Notes under the pieces: model-generated | What the model was told of the DNA's origin: nothing | The model's database searches: none | Seen by the model: only the letters and a program-made list of their open reading frames with translations | Source of the DNA: Eledone cirrhosa | Taxonomy: Eukaryota | DNA length: 64,000 nt | Direction of reading: 5' to 3' | NCBI GenBank assembly: GCA_964016885.1 | Contig: OZ024745.1 | Location: 40,052,001 to 40,116,000 of the forward strand | Translations under genes and position numbers: made by a program | Shown here: positions 47,860-62,019 of the stretch, piece after piece | Position numbering within the stretch: the first letter of the stretch is position 1 | Layout of the letters: the number at the start of each line of letters is the position of its first letter

Positions 47860-50800
47860 TTCATACCTGAACACATATACAAAATATTTACGCTTAATAA
47901 ACATAGTGCTAATCCCGCTGTGAGTATTTAAGTGTGTTATCTTGCCACTGCTAATGCTGCTTTAGTTTGGGGCTCGAGTGCATCATGCGGGGTATGAAAG
48001 ACAATATCCTCTCTTAAATTGTGTAAACAAATATTTCTTTTCATGAACTTTATTAATATTAAGGTTTCGAAAAGAATCAATAGTGAATTGACCCATAATG
48101 TTTATTCCATGCAATACGCACTTTGCAAGCGTCTATTGTTGAACAAAGCAGCGCATTCTGATGAATGAGAAATGATCCATTGCTTTGCATGTGACGGGAT
48201 ATGAAGTAATATCGTATTAGTCAGTTTAAGCAATCATTCCAGAAAAGTCAATTGTCATAGTCTTATATCCAATGTTACCGCAAGTATTGATGTACCAATG
48301 AAATATTTGCCTACCAAAGGCATAGTTTCGCCTCCGAGCCCACTAAAATGGTCCTACTGCAGCATAGCGCTAATCGAACCTTTTTAAATAAAATAATTTA
48401 GAGGGAGACTTCATGACAGTCAGTCGAAATTTCGGTTCCTATTTGTGAGTTGGGTACTTAATCTCTCGTAGGATTTACTGCATTTATTCCTATGAGTATG
48501 CAATGAATACAAATATATTTGATAGCCATCAGTCTCATCCACAGAAAAAATGACATCTGAAATCATCAATACAAGCCTGTGTCGAAGAAAAATCTGATTC
48601 TCAGTTTATCTTACAAGATTTGATCAATATTCATATCACATAGCATACTTTTCTTCATTCAACCTCTTCTTCATTTTCTCTTTCAATTGTTTACCATCAC
48701 TATCACCATTACACCATAATTATTATTGTCCTTATCGTCATCATCATATGCTGTTTCATCTATTTTCCCTACTCCTTCTACATGTTTCTTTTCTGGACGT
48801 TATATTAAATGTCCCCTGATATAACTTCTGCTCCTGTATATTCTGATGTAATATCTCGTTCATGTCCTCTTCGCCTTTCTTCCTTTCACGTTCAATAAAT
48901 ATTACCTCAGCGAAACAGGGGATTTTGGGAATACAGAGAGCAGTGCCTTCGCCTCCGTTATAAATTCCTCTGCGATCTTACTTGTGCCAACTTATATTAA
49001 ATTCTACTTTTTCTTGTCCAAAACTGTTGCGCAGAGCGGAGTGATGATATTAGCGATAAGTGGTCCAGACACACCCCAGAAAAAAAAAAATATTGTATAA
49101 GTTTCTATGAGCATACTCCTAGTCGGTCATCCAAGAATTACACAATATTTCATTCAGTTCTTTTTACTTTCAATCCTTAAAAGGAATTATCATATTGTTT
49201 TCTTTCAATATTGCCGAATCCAATACTATTAATACCAGTGTAATGTTTTTCGGAAAATAATGTGCTGAAATAATAGGAAACGGTATCCATTATTTTAGAA
49301 ATTCTAATACTATATGTTCCACATTCTACATATATATCTGTTAGGATGTCTGAAGGCGAGCTGGATTCATAATTGTGGATGGAGATATAAATCCGTTTAA
49401 ACCACATTTGCTCAAACCGAAAATCCATTTCTTTCTCTAGAATCTAGAAATAATAAATAATGTATGTATCATTCGGGGACCGTTAAAAATAATATATGCG
49501 GCAATGCTGGAACTTAAGCCAGTTAAATAGACTTGCTTTCTCTTTATGAATATATTTATTGCTTAATAGCATGAGATTTCTAAACTCTAATGCTCTTGCT
49601 ACATGTTAATATTGTTCTTATATATGTGAAAAATACATAAGGTATATATATAGCATATTTGTATTTCGTAATTTCTAATCATATTGCTCACTTGGCGAAC
49701 AAATACATTCATTCTTACTCTAATAATTACTCATTCACTGCAGAAGATTTGAATGTAAAATCCATAAAACCTAGATATCGCTGTTAGCATAAAACTCCCA
49801 TTTCTTTGAATTAAATGTTATTTTGTATTATGTTACCCACTAAGAGAAATACCATTTATTTGACAAAAGAAAATGTGTAATATCGATATATCCCATGAAC
49901 TAACTCACCAACGCTTGATTCCTTTATCGCTTAAATGCAAACACCACCAACTCTGAAGTATACAACTACGTTTTCTGCTGGTAATATTTATTTATTCAAT
50001 TTTGATATTATCGGAAATCAAATATATCCAACCAGGACTCCAAATTTGAAGAATTAAATCTGAATAAATATATTATTGACAGTACACTATAAAACGATTG
50101 GCAAATCGCTATATTCAGAGTTAGAATTATTAGATGATGAAATGACTAATAACCATTGTTTATCAACACGAATAAGATTTCTCCAATTTGCACCCAGATT
50201 TTCTAGTGTAAATAACGTACGTTATCATTCCCAGAATGACGAACCTCGACACAATCTTCAATTAATTTGGATTCACTTTTTACAAGAATATGAGTAAATA
50301 TTTCTATTGTAACATATTCCTGTGAAAGAAATGCGATGGTTCTTTGTACACTCCAATGTTTCACAGTTTCCAGTGTCTGATTTTATTTATGTTTTTTTTA
50401 TTTTATTTTGATATCATTATTCGGTACTTGAAATTCTTTTTCCTTTTGTCCTCAAACTACCCTACTACTTGACTGGCACTTTTATAATCGATCTATTTCA
50501 ACTCAAAAAGCAGAGCACCGTGATGAACATCGCAAAACATTCTATCCGATTTTCCAACCACTCTGCCTTCGATATTTGAACACAGAAAGTCGCAAGATAA
50601 CATAACGAATTCTTTGAAAATATATCTAATTGACTAGTATATTATTTATAACACCAGATATGTAAAGCTAAGTTCCCCAGTTTTTAATTCGAAAGGAGAG
50701 CTTTGATAAACAGGATAAATGCTTCAGATGATTAATCTGCCACTCTAAATGTTTTTTTTTTTAGCAGAGATCGTCATTTGCTCTAAGATTAATTATTTCG

Positions 50801-51759
50801 AATGCAAAATAACAAATCAGAATATTAATCTATTACTTTGTCATATTTAATAATTCATGATTTCTGGTGTTTTCAAGTTGAGAACCTATGGTTTATCTCT
50901 AGTAGTTAAAGACTCCGTAAACAAAATTATACATCTTAAAGGTACAATTTCTATCATGCCTCTACGTGGTTTCGCGTTGTGACTGGTCAAACAATTTTAC
51001 AGCATGTGTTGTATGCCAGAAAATGAACCGTAGCCTCATATGTTTTCATCCAGTTACACAATGTCTCCGCACATTGATGGGTAGTATGATATGTAATGCA
51101 ATCATGTTAATATTTCCATTTCTGAAATCATGACAGAGAAAATAGTTGATGATGAGCAGAGAAAAATCAGACGAGTGTGGATTCGTTGTGTTGCTTTGCG
51201 TGTAATTCATTTAAAGACATCACTTTCGCCAAATCATGGGGATTTTACAAGAAGGGTATCTATGTATCTGCGACGAAACTATTCCATTCGGTGCACAATG
51301 AAAGGTGCAACACAATAATAGGGTATCACCCAAATGCAACGGCGCCTCGGGGCAATTTAATTGCGCTCAGAAATCATAATTAGGTGGCAATTTAAATAAT
51401 TTGTTCATAAATATGTACGAGGAAATAGATATAGGAAAAAGCTATTATACTTGCACTATAATATTTTGAGAAATGTTGCAGTCATCGAGAGTTGATTACA
51501 TGAAAATACAGGTGTCTCAGGATTTAAAGAAGTTATTGGTTCGTTGAGCGAGGAAATAAGATCATATTTGCTTTTCTCTATAATTCTGGTAATACTTATA
51601 ATTTGATGCAAACACATACACACACACGTACTCACAGACACAGACACACACACACACGCACACAAACACACAGACACACACATATATATATATATATGAT
51701 ATAAACGTTGAGACAGAAGTTACGCAATCATATTTATTGTTATCAATTGCAATCAGGTG

Positions 51760-52050
51760 TTAACACAATCATGTGACGTCGAGGATAGACGCTGCGTCTC
51801 TGAATTGAGAGATCACAGCTCCGATTCGACGGATATATTGTTAGAATGTCTAAAGAAAGAATCGCAGGAAGGATTTTACGGGAAAAACTATCAATCGGCG
51901 GGAGACTCAGTGATAGGTCCCCGAAGAAGATGGTTGCGTAACATCCATGTGTTCGGATGGTCGCATTTGGAGATCCAGCAGTAACAAATGCGCTCATTTA
52001 ATCAGAGTACAGGGAATATGTGGGCGGCGTAGAAGTAGCAGGTGCGAGCA
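51760..52050 (+). pseudogene. Degenerate RTE-type LINE 3' fragment
   Basis: Reads LRL*IERSQLRFDGYIVRMSKERIAGRIL (cf. IERSQLRWFGHVxRM). Confidence 0.55.
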
Positions 52051-52087
52051 CAACCATGCATGCAGAGACATATATATAAATATGAGG

Positions 52088-52119
<32 letters not shown>

Positions 52120-52292
52120 AGGAGAGAGAGATATGGGGGGGGGGTAGATATATAACTATACGTATTTCCTATTCTAAACGTTAATCTAATAGAATTTGTT
52201 CATTTTGCTGCCGTTTCATTTGTTATTTCTGTTAAATTTTAAGCACACACACAGACACAAAGACATATACACACATACACACGCACATATAT

Positions 52293-52348
<56 letters not shown>

Positions 52349-52492
52349 AGAGAGAGACAGAGAGGAAGAGAGGAGTATGAGAAGGAGTTGGCCAAATATC
52401 CCCGCAATATACAAGTATATGAAATACATCAGAAAATCAAATAGAAATTGATGCACATATATTTTCTGGCAACATCCACACGTAAACACACT

Positions 52493-52680
<188 letters not shown>

Positions 52681-53189
52681 CACACACACACACAGACACA
52701 CAGACACCTACATATATATATATATATATACTTATATATATATATGTATTAATATGTATATATAATATGCCCGGATGCCTTATCTTATTATGAATCTATA
52801 TATATAACATATCATTTTAAAAATCTGTAGATGATGACAAGAAATTTCCAAATGTCAAATTTAGGTGTACTTCAAAATTAAAGGTCACATTTTTTAAAAC
52901 TTTGATGGTGCATTGATAAAATATATATGCAGGCGTGGAATTTTGTGTCATTTAATTTGGCCTTTCGGCAGTTACTATATAACAAGTCCAGAATTATGTA
53001 CCAGGATGAAGTTATATGCAATCAGACGACACAACGTTTGTTCTATCTCTCTATATATATATCTATAGGAAAAAGTATGACTCCGACGGCAGAGCTCAAG
53101 ACGTTTCGACGGCTAATTCTGGACTAAATTAGAATGTTTAGCCTGGTAAATAAATAGCCTAACTTGTCAAGGGGTACTTCCTTATATAT

Positions 53190-55479
53190 ATAGATCTAAC
53201 ACTAGCCTCACTAAAAAAGAAATAGACATAATTCTAGCGGCACGTAGAACCATTATCCAGTTCGAAGGCTCCCACTGGACCAGAACCAACCGTCCTGATA
53301 ACTTCGATGTCACGATGGGGTCCAGTGACTCAGCGCAAGCAACTGACCTGGTTGGGATATACCTCCTACATAAGCTTAGGGAGGAAATACCGGCCCTACA
53401 AGGAGATGTATATAGGGACGACGCCCTGTTTACCGTTAGGAACCATAGCCCCCGTAAGATAGAGAACCTTAACAAACATATACACAGGTTCTTTAAGTCA
53501 TACGGCCTATCCGTAACTATGGACCTCAACCACAGGGTTGTCAACTTCCTGGACGTGACCCTGGAGTTGAGTACGGGCTTATACAAGCCATACCATAAGC
53601 CTGGAGAGTGCCTCTCTTATATTAATTATGCCTCCAACCACCCTAAGCAGACTCTCAACTCCATAGTCTATAGTATCTCACATAGAATCTCGAGGCTATC
53701 CGCCAATGAGGATATCTTCAACCAAGCGGCTGATTACTACAATAGGGCCCTGATAAGCGCCGGCTTTAACCGAGGAATTTCCTACATCCCTAACGCTAGC
53801 TCTAGAAACCACCCCCCTCATAAAACTAACGTTATAGTAAGCCATACCTATAACCGATCACGCGGCGACCTCGTTAAAGTCGGATATAATAGAATAGATA
53901 ACCGCACCAAAGATCACGTCCCCGGCGACGGTGAATACTGTAGATTACTCAAACTATTCCCATATTACAAAACCAACAAAGGCGACGGACTACTACCAAC
54001 GCCTTCCAACCAACATCTTCGTGTACATAAACATGGAAGAGGTAGAAAGAGTGCACCCGAGCATAAAGTGAAAGGGGTACCGAACGGCTGACAGCGCATT
54101 AACACACATATGAGCGGTCACTTAGATGGAACCACCCGTAGCAAAAGTACAAGGACACGTAATCGCCACCGTAACGTCCTATGGTTCCACCCCCCTACTC
54201 TCGAAGTGTGGCCTCCAACAAACCCCGGATATTCTTCGAAGCCTTAGAGAAGAACTTCCCACCCAACCATAGGTATAGAAACATTCTTAATAGGAACAAT
54301 ATAAAAATATCCTTCTCTACTACTCCTGACCTAGCAGACATCATAGGAACAACGAACCACAGTAAGATCACCAAGACACAGCACCTCGACACAGACGCAC
54401 CTACACCTGACAATAACTATATCGGCCTTAACAACTCCCTGACAGCATCCAATAGTGTTGGCAACGGCATCCGCAGACGCAACCAGAATGACCGCGAAGT
54501 GACTGGTGAACATGCAGAACATGACGTGCGGAATAACAATCGCACCATCCCGCGTGCTGTGGGTTGTAATTGTGCTAACGACAACTGCGGTAGCGTAGGT
54601 AACAACGTAAGCAGCAACAATGATAGCCTTACCGTGGGAAATAGACGGAACCGCGACAGAAATTGCAACTGCCGCGACAGAGGACGCTGCCCCCTTAGAG
54701 GATACTGCTTGACTGATAGGGTTATATATAGATGCACTATTACTAGCCACAATAGCGTTAAACATTATATAGGGGCCACCTCCGGCCCATTCAAAATTAG
54801 GTGTCGAACACATCTCCACTCTTTCACAAATAGAAAACTAAGGCACTCCACTTCGCTCGCGGACTACATCACATCACTAAAGGACTTAAACATCAGCTTC
54901 TCCACGCACTGGGAGATTGTCGGCAGGGCTGCACCGTACAACTTCAAGAGGAAATGCGATCTTTGCCTCATGGAGCTCTACCATATCATAACTGCACCCC
55001 ACGAGCTCATCAACAGCAGAGCTGAAACAGCGATGAGTTGTACACATCGCTTAAAAATATCCTTCTTTAGATGGGTTAAGAATGAAGAGTGAAATAGTAC
55101 ACTGGATCTCCCTGCAACAAGCCTTAACACCCCGGCGGGCAGGCGCAGCAAAATAACACCCAGAAAACAATCCTTGCACACCAGACCCAGCCTCAGACAA
55201 ACAGATGCGGCGGGAAAAAAAAAAAAAAATTATCCGGGAAAGACTGCCCTAACACCAGCCAGAGTCACCTACCTTGACCTGCTGCAAAATCAAAACAAGA
55301 TATTTTTGCGAGCAATGAATCTTGATGTAGATTTAACCCCCAAAACTCTTTCCGAACTATATAAGGAGCACTTGTGATTATTTATGCCCTTGCGAAGCCC
55401 AACTGGGCGAAACGTACGTAGGTGATATTTTAAATAAACATGTTTTAACGGTCTATTCTCCGATTATTTACTTTCCCAC

Positions 55480-55480
<1 letters not shown>
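53190..55480 (+). mobile_element. 5'-truncated Penelope-like retroelement, Naiad-type (RT, thumb, GIY-YIG) with HHR in the 3' pLTR
   Basis: FDVTMGS, YRDD, VNFLDVTL, YINYASNHP, RNVLWF.PPY, CNCRDRGRCPLRGYCL, VIYRC..HYIGAT..CDLCLME..CTH. TGA at 54089 and 1-nt frameshift at ~54190. TA tracts on both flanks. Confidence 0.92.
55385..55426 (+). ncRNA. Hammerhead ribozyme motif of the Penelope pLTR (U3-A8, A6C variant)
   Basis: GCCC UUGCGAA GCCC-AACU-GGGC GAAAC GUAC GUA^GG. The sister copy at ~2226-2236(-) has UUGAGAA. Confidence 0.7.
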
Positions 55481-55536
<56 letters not shown>

Positions 55537-55574
55537 TACAGTACCGATTGTGTTGTTATTTCTGTTTACCTTTT

Positions 55575-55640
<66 letters not shown>

Positions 55641-56153
55641 TTAATACATTACCAGAGAAACCTTTAAGCGATACTCTCACCAGCTCCATCTCACTCAACA
55701 AACATTAGGATTTACTTGAGTTTAATCCGAATTATGTGTTATGGGTGCTAACTATATAGTATTCCGTGGATAATTGGTTGTATTATTTTATATGAGACAT
55801 AATTAAATACATATCTCTTTCCATACGATCGTTTCGTTATAAGATTTCTAAAATGTGGGATAAATAATGTCCAAGTTATGTAGAAACTTGTATATAATAC
55901 AAAAATATACACACAAGTGGGGCCTTATAACTTATGAGGGGATGCCCATGCAATACCAATATAAAAAAAAATTACATCGATGTTAATAATCAGTGATGGT
56001 CCCCGTCAGTGCTAGAATAACTGCTAAGTTTGAAAGTCCAGTAGTCCTTCAAAAAGAAATTTCACACTGTCCCCAAAAGGGAAGGGGAGGTCATCCATCG
56101 TAAAATATAAAATAATATACACGCGGGTCATTGAAGCCTCTAAGGTATTTTAT

Positions 56154-56318
<165 letters not shown>

Positions 56319-56584
56319 AAGAGATAGATAACTAGATATATTTCTTTTATTTGCCACTAGGGCATCAAAAGTGGGACAAGTACAAAGGGGGGAGTTTACA
56401 CAAAAAGGCGTCCTCAATACGGAGGAGGCAATAACAAAATATAAAAATAAAATAAAGATAGATAACTAGATAGACAGATAGAAGGAGAGCGTGAGAAAGT
56501 GATAGGGCAATTATACACACCCACATACATATATATGTGAATGTATATATATATATACATATATATATATATACATATATATAT

Positions 56585-56736
<152 letters not shown>

Positions 56737-57114
56737 GTATATATGTATATATATATATATATGTTCACATATATATGTTGTGTGTGTGTATAATTGCCCG
56801 ATCACTCTCTCTCCCTCTCCCTCACTACCTCTATCTGTCTATCTATCTATCTCTTTGTATATATAAATATATATATATATATATGTTGTGTGTGTGTATG
56901 TGTCTGTGTGTGTATGTAAAAGTTAAACAAAAATAACAACACAATCGGTACTCTATATCGAACGAATATATTAGGTTAATGCTTGAATCAGCAGGAAGAG
57001 TGATCTGCCGTTTCGGACGCTAATGCTTCATCAAAAGAAAGAATGAGAAATAAGATAGATTGACGGGAATATTGGAATTGGAAAAAATGCCTTTAGATAA
57101 ATATAACAGGTCTA

Positions 57115-57151
<37 letters not shown>

Positions 57152-57159
<8 letters not shown>

Positions 57160-57563
57160 AAGTTAAATAAGAAGTCAAATGTTTAAAATTTAGCTTCGTT
57201 TATTACTGCTATATATATTTCAGTGACAGCCATCTTTCGCTGTGACCTGTTCAGGCGGTCCGAATTAGTGTGGTATAGACAAGTACATATGTTGTTGAGG
57301 TGTATAATATTGTCAATACTCTGATATGCCCAGTTCCTCATTGGGTTTTTATTTCACTGAGGAACTGGAATCATGCGATTCCAGTTCCTCAGTGAAATAA
57401 TGACAATATTATACACCTCAACAACATATGTACTTGTCTATACCACACTAATTCGGACTGCCTGAAGTGGTCATAGCCAAAGATGGTTGTCACTGAAATA
57501 TATATAGCAGTAATAAACGAAGCTAAATTTTAAACATTTGACTTTTTATTTAACTTTATTTTA
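57152..57563. repeat. Fold-back palindrome with divergent degenerate HHRs; third arm at ~58485-58700
   Basis: Consensus of three copies: ACUGC CUGAAGA GGUCACAGCC-AAAGAU-GGYUGUCACU GAAA UAUAU AUA^GCAGU. Each copy has one different core change (57457-57511, 58603-58659, ~57205-57260). Confidence 0.8.
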
Positions 57564-57660
57564 CATTACTCCGGAGTAACCAAACCAACCTGCGCACTTC
57601 GTCGAGTGCTCCAGCCTGCATACTTAGGTGTTGGTATACAACCAACATATACTAAAATAA

Positions 57661-57714
<54 letters not shown>

Positions 57715-57934
57715 CATACTATCAATACATTTTCACACACACACCCCATATGTCTCCCTCGGCTTTTATTATTAGCCAGGTAAATAATCCATCTATTAAT
57801 CGATTTATTTAGTAGATGGTAATTAAAAGTTCCAGCTTTATCTCCATGTATTCTGTGACCCTTTCATTCTGTATTCCAGCCCGATGATTTTACAGAAATA
57901 TACATAGACACACTCGCACACCCCCACACACTCA

Positions 57935-58163
57935 GAGGAGACTGAGGTTGGCTGGACATGCTCACCGACATCCAGAATTGGCACTGCACCGAGTGCTCCT
58001 GTGGGAGACGGTGCATGGACAAACTGGAAGAGGAAGACCAAGGTTAACGTATGTTGATGCCCTATGTATAGACACTGGTCTGTTGGAGAAGCAGGACATG
58101 GCAGCGAAACTGAGGCACAGAGACCGCTTGAGAGAACTCGTCCATGGATTTCGGGATTTTACC

Positions 58164-58165
<2 letters not shown>
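57935..58165 (+). pseudogene. RTE-type LINE 3' fragment (another family)
   Basis: RRLRLAGHAHRHPELALHRVLLW..GRGRPRLTYVD. Confidence 0.75.
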
Positions 58166-58239
<74 letters not shown>

Positions 58240-58724
58240 CTCTCTCTATGTATATATATATATTCCTTCTACCACTTTATCATTTTTTTGAGCTGACTCG
58301 AACACCAACACCACTACCAACATAAGAGTAGAGGTCAGATGTACTTAACAATAACAAAAACAACCACTACAGATTGCCTCGCCTCAGAACAAATTTCTAT
58401 AGACTATTGACTGAGGAATGTTCTTACAACAGACCAATGGGAGGAGAAGATGTCCTTTGACACTGAAATTCGTTTGTTTATATTCATATGATTCCAGTTC
58501 CTCAGTGAAATAACAACCCAACCAGGAACTGGGCATATCAGAGTATTGACAAAGTTAAACACTTCAACAACATATGTACTCGTCTCTACCACACTAATTC
58601 GGACTGCCTGAAGAGGTCACAGCCAAAGATGGTTGTCAACGAGATATATATATAGCAGTAATAAACGAAGCCAAATTTTAAACATTTGACTTATATATTT
58701 TAATATATATATACATATATATAC

Positions 58725-58762
<38 letters not shown>

Positions 58763-58763
<1 letters not shown>

Positions 58764-59363
58764 CATTATGAAGAGAGAAGAAACATTTAGATATAATTAG
58801 TAATAAAATGTATCATACCTAAACTGTTCCTAAATTCCTCGACTACGTAGTTTCGTGGCATAAACAAAAACCATATATCAAAGATATAGAGTCCTTGCGA
58901 GGTCTGCCGACTTATCAAGAGGATACCTCATTTTACCAGTCTCAAGAACGCGTCTACACGACGTGAGAAAGAATCCCAAAAGGCGGAGGGGGAGACAGTC
59001 ACGCGATATAACGGCCGAGAAACAGAGCTAAGCCTCTTATAACCACGAAGAAAATACCACGGAGGCGGAGGGGGTATTCATATCGAGGCCGTAGAAGAGG
59101 TAGTGAAGAAGGCGAGAAGTATGAGTAATGGAAGCTTTCCAGTTGTCCCCACACTTCAAAGATTGCTCGACCAGAGGGAGTTATTAATATATTTAGAAAT
59201 ATCCTCTTGATAAGTCGGCAGACCTCGCAAGGACTCTATATCTTTGATATATTGTTTTTGTTTATGCCACGAAACTACGTAGTCGAGGAATTTAGGAACA
59301 GTTTAGGTATGATACATTTTATTACTAATTATATCTAAATGTTTCTTCTCTCTTCATAATGTA
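58763..59363. repeat. Inverted repeat (~165-bp arms, ~270-bp spacer) with two divergent U3-A8 HHRs
   Basis: UCCUC UUGAUAA GUCGGCA..UGCCAC GAAAC UACGUA GUC^GAGGA at 59202-59289(+) and 58836-58923(-). Confidence 0.88.
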
Positions 59364-59520
59364 TTTTTAACTCTGATACTGGTTCAGTCTGGTTCAAACT
59401 GAATTGGTCTGTCCCAGTCATTCATTGAGCAACATCGGTGAAGTTGGTACCCTTAACTCACAGTTGGGTGCGGATGCATTCATGTATATATGTGTGTGTC
59501 CGCATGTATCTGTGTGTTTC

Positions 59521-59652
<132 letters not shown>

Positions 59653-59758
59653 TATATATATTAAAGAGTTAAACAAGATTCAATGAGTAAATCAAAGAAT
59701 GAGTTTTACAGTAGATTGGAAGCACTCTACAGTCAAATATTTTCCAGAGTTATTAATA

Positions 59759-59951
59759 TAATATTAAATTCAAATATTAATAAAATAGATGTTCTTGTGA
59801 TCAATTAAATTTTATTATACATATATCCGAGGTACGTCCTCATCAGATAAAAAAATATCTGATGAGGACGTACTGCTGAAACTGATTGACGTACCTCTGT
59901 AATAATTGATCACAAGAACATCTATTTTAATAATATTTGAATTTAATATTA
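59759..59951. repeat. Nested fold-back palindrome with divergent CTGATGA boxes
   Basis: Outer arms 59759-59816 / 59903-59951. Inner GTACGTCCTCATCAGATA..TATCTGATGAGGACGTAC. Confidence 0.75.
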
Positions 59952-59952
59952 C

Positions 59953-60008
<56 letters not shown>

Positions 60009-60063
60009 TTGAGGTTTTTTTTACAAAAAGAAAAATAACCGAGGTGTCCTACACGAGTGAAAG

Positions 60064-60157
60064 TATAAAGAAAAAGAGATGAAATCGAAAATGCAACTGG
60101 AGTCTTATTTTTTTTAAAAATAAGACTCCAGTTGCATTTTCGATTTCATCTCTTTTT

Positions 60158-60164
<7 letters not shown>
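60064..60164. repeat. Near-perfect fold-back palindrome
   Basis: TATAAAGAAAAAGAGATGAAATCG..GAGTCTTATTTTT / AAAAATAAGACTC..CTTTATA. Confidence 0.9.
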
Positions 60165-60212
<48 letters not shown>

Positions 60213-60424
60213 ATGTACGTTTATTCTAATCAAGGAGCTCAACCCAAATTTATCCAAGAACTATAATCATATTGTCAATACATATATAGAAGTGACTGCT
60301 AGATATCTAGAAAAATATGCATATATATACATGTACCTACACAATCACACCCACATATATATTTATACATACACACATATATATATATATATGCACACAC
60401 GCGCATATATATATATATATAATA

Positions 60425-60540
<116 letters not shown>

Positions 60541-60759
60541 GTGAGACCACTGATCAGCCAACATTCTTTTTTTTTAATTTGAATGTGGCAAAACTGGCGA
60601 TTTATCGCTCGTATAAAGGAAACTGACTGAGTAGTCTGCTGACAGCAGATCTGAGTGATCACCTGGTCTGCTCCTATGCAAATCAGGCCGATCATTCACT
60701 GCATAATTTAGAAAATAGCATATATTTTCATCAACTCTGATAGTTAATAGGTGAACAGT

Positions 60760-60809
60760 GAGCTGTACCGATGAAGGCTGAAAACCAGAAACATAAGTGT
60801 ATGCAGTTC
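60760..60809 (+). ncRNA. Degenerate type-I HHR (U4>C)
   Basis: GAGCUGUA CCGAUGA AGG..CCA GAAAC AUAAGU GUA^UGCAGUUC, with an 8-bp stem I. Confidence 0.55.
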
Positions 60810-60925
60810 TGTTTACATACCAACACAAGAGCAAGAATGAAGTGTTCATTCTACTGACATGGTTTTAAAAATAAGGCTTGTTTGCATAATTGCAAACGAA
60901 TCGAATGTTATTTATTAAAACTCAG

Positions 60926-61112
60926 GGCGGTGGATTGGCAGTATCGGTAGAGGGTTGGACGTCATGCTTTGACGCATAGAGTTACGGCCCTTTCCATTTT
61001 GAGTTCAAATCCCGCCGAGGTCAACTTTGCCTTTCATCCTTATGGGGTCGATAAAATAAAGTACCAGTAATGTACTGCGTAATTGCTGACCTTGTGCCAA
61101 AAGTAGAAACGA
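60926..61112 (+). mobile_element. SINE S2 with 14-bp TSD
   Basis: TTATTAAAACTCAG at 60912-60925 and 61113-61126, plus A/B boxes. It interrupts the HHR-bearing repeat of the 7793-8024 family. Confidence 0.85.
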
Positions 61113-61158
61113 TTATTAAAACTCAGATTACTTTTATTGTATTCAGCCACGTACAGTG

Positions 61159-61228
<70 letters not shown>

Positions 61229-61282
61229 CGGCGATGAATTAGTTTTGCGAGGTTTTTTATATGAAATCGTGTGTCGAAACAG

Positions 61283-61908
61283 ATATTGTTATATTTGGGG
61301 AGGGTCATATTTGCGTAATATTGCCAGAATTAATAACAGAACACACTCACTGTTTGGTTGGTTTTCGCTTCTCGCTGTCTTTTATATATATATATCTGCG
61401 ATCTAACTTACTCGGTCCTCAATGTTGCCATTGACTGACCGGCGGTCAAAAATAAAATAATACAGATACAATATAGACAAACACATATATATATAGTTTA
61501 CATAAATCTTTCGTTGCACATCTGCAACATCGTCAGTGGTGTTATATTCATTGTTCCTCCTGTTGTGTTGTATGTCTACGCCATTTTTTTTTTTTTGTTC
61601 AAAAAAAAAAAAAAATGGCGTAGACATACAACACAACAGGAGGAACAATGAATATAACACCACTGACGATGTTGCAGATGTGCAACGAAAGATTTATGTA
61701 AACTATATATATATGTGTTTGTCTATATTGTATCTGTATTATTTTATTTTTGACCGCCGGTCAGTCAATGGCAACATTGAGGACCGAGTAAGTTAGATCG
61801 CAGATATATATATATAAAAGACAGCGAGAAGCGAAAACCAACCAAACAGTGAGTGTGTTCTGTTATTAATTCTGGCAATATTACGCAAATATGACCCTCC
61901 CCAAATAT

Positions 61909-61916
<8 letters not shown>
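61283..61916. repeat. Near-perfect 634-bp palindrome with divergent HHR-like motifs
   Basis: Centre at 61599/61600 in T13-GTTC-A15. Near-identical ORFs on both strands. CA CUGACGA U GUUGCA-GAUG-UGCAAC GAAA GAU UUA UG at 61661-61698(+) and 61501-61538(-). Confidence 0.95.
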
Positions 61917-61941
<25 letters not shown>

Positions 61942-62019
61942 GAAGGAGTTGAGGTAAGCAACTAGATGAACCATAACGCACCAGAGTACTCAATAATTAG
62001 GGTAGCAGAGTGCGTAATA

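Noticed and set aside
54089-54091. In-frame UGA as selenocysteine (known in some Naiad elements)
   Set aside because: It lies in a low-complexity linker, all conserved Cys motifs use Cys codons, and I could not find a convincing SECIS. CGA>TGA decay is the simpler explanation.
61403-61796. Near-identical 86-aa ORFs on both strands
   Set aside because: A consequence of the palindrome, with no protein motifs.
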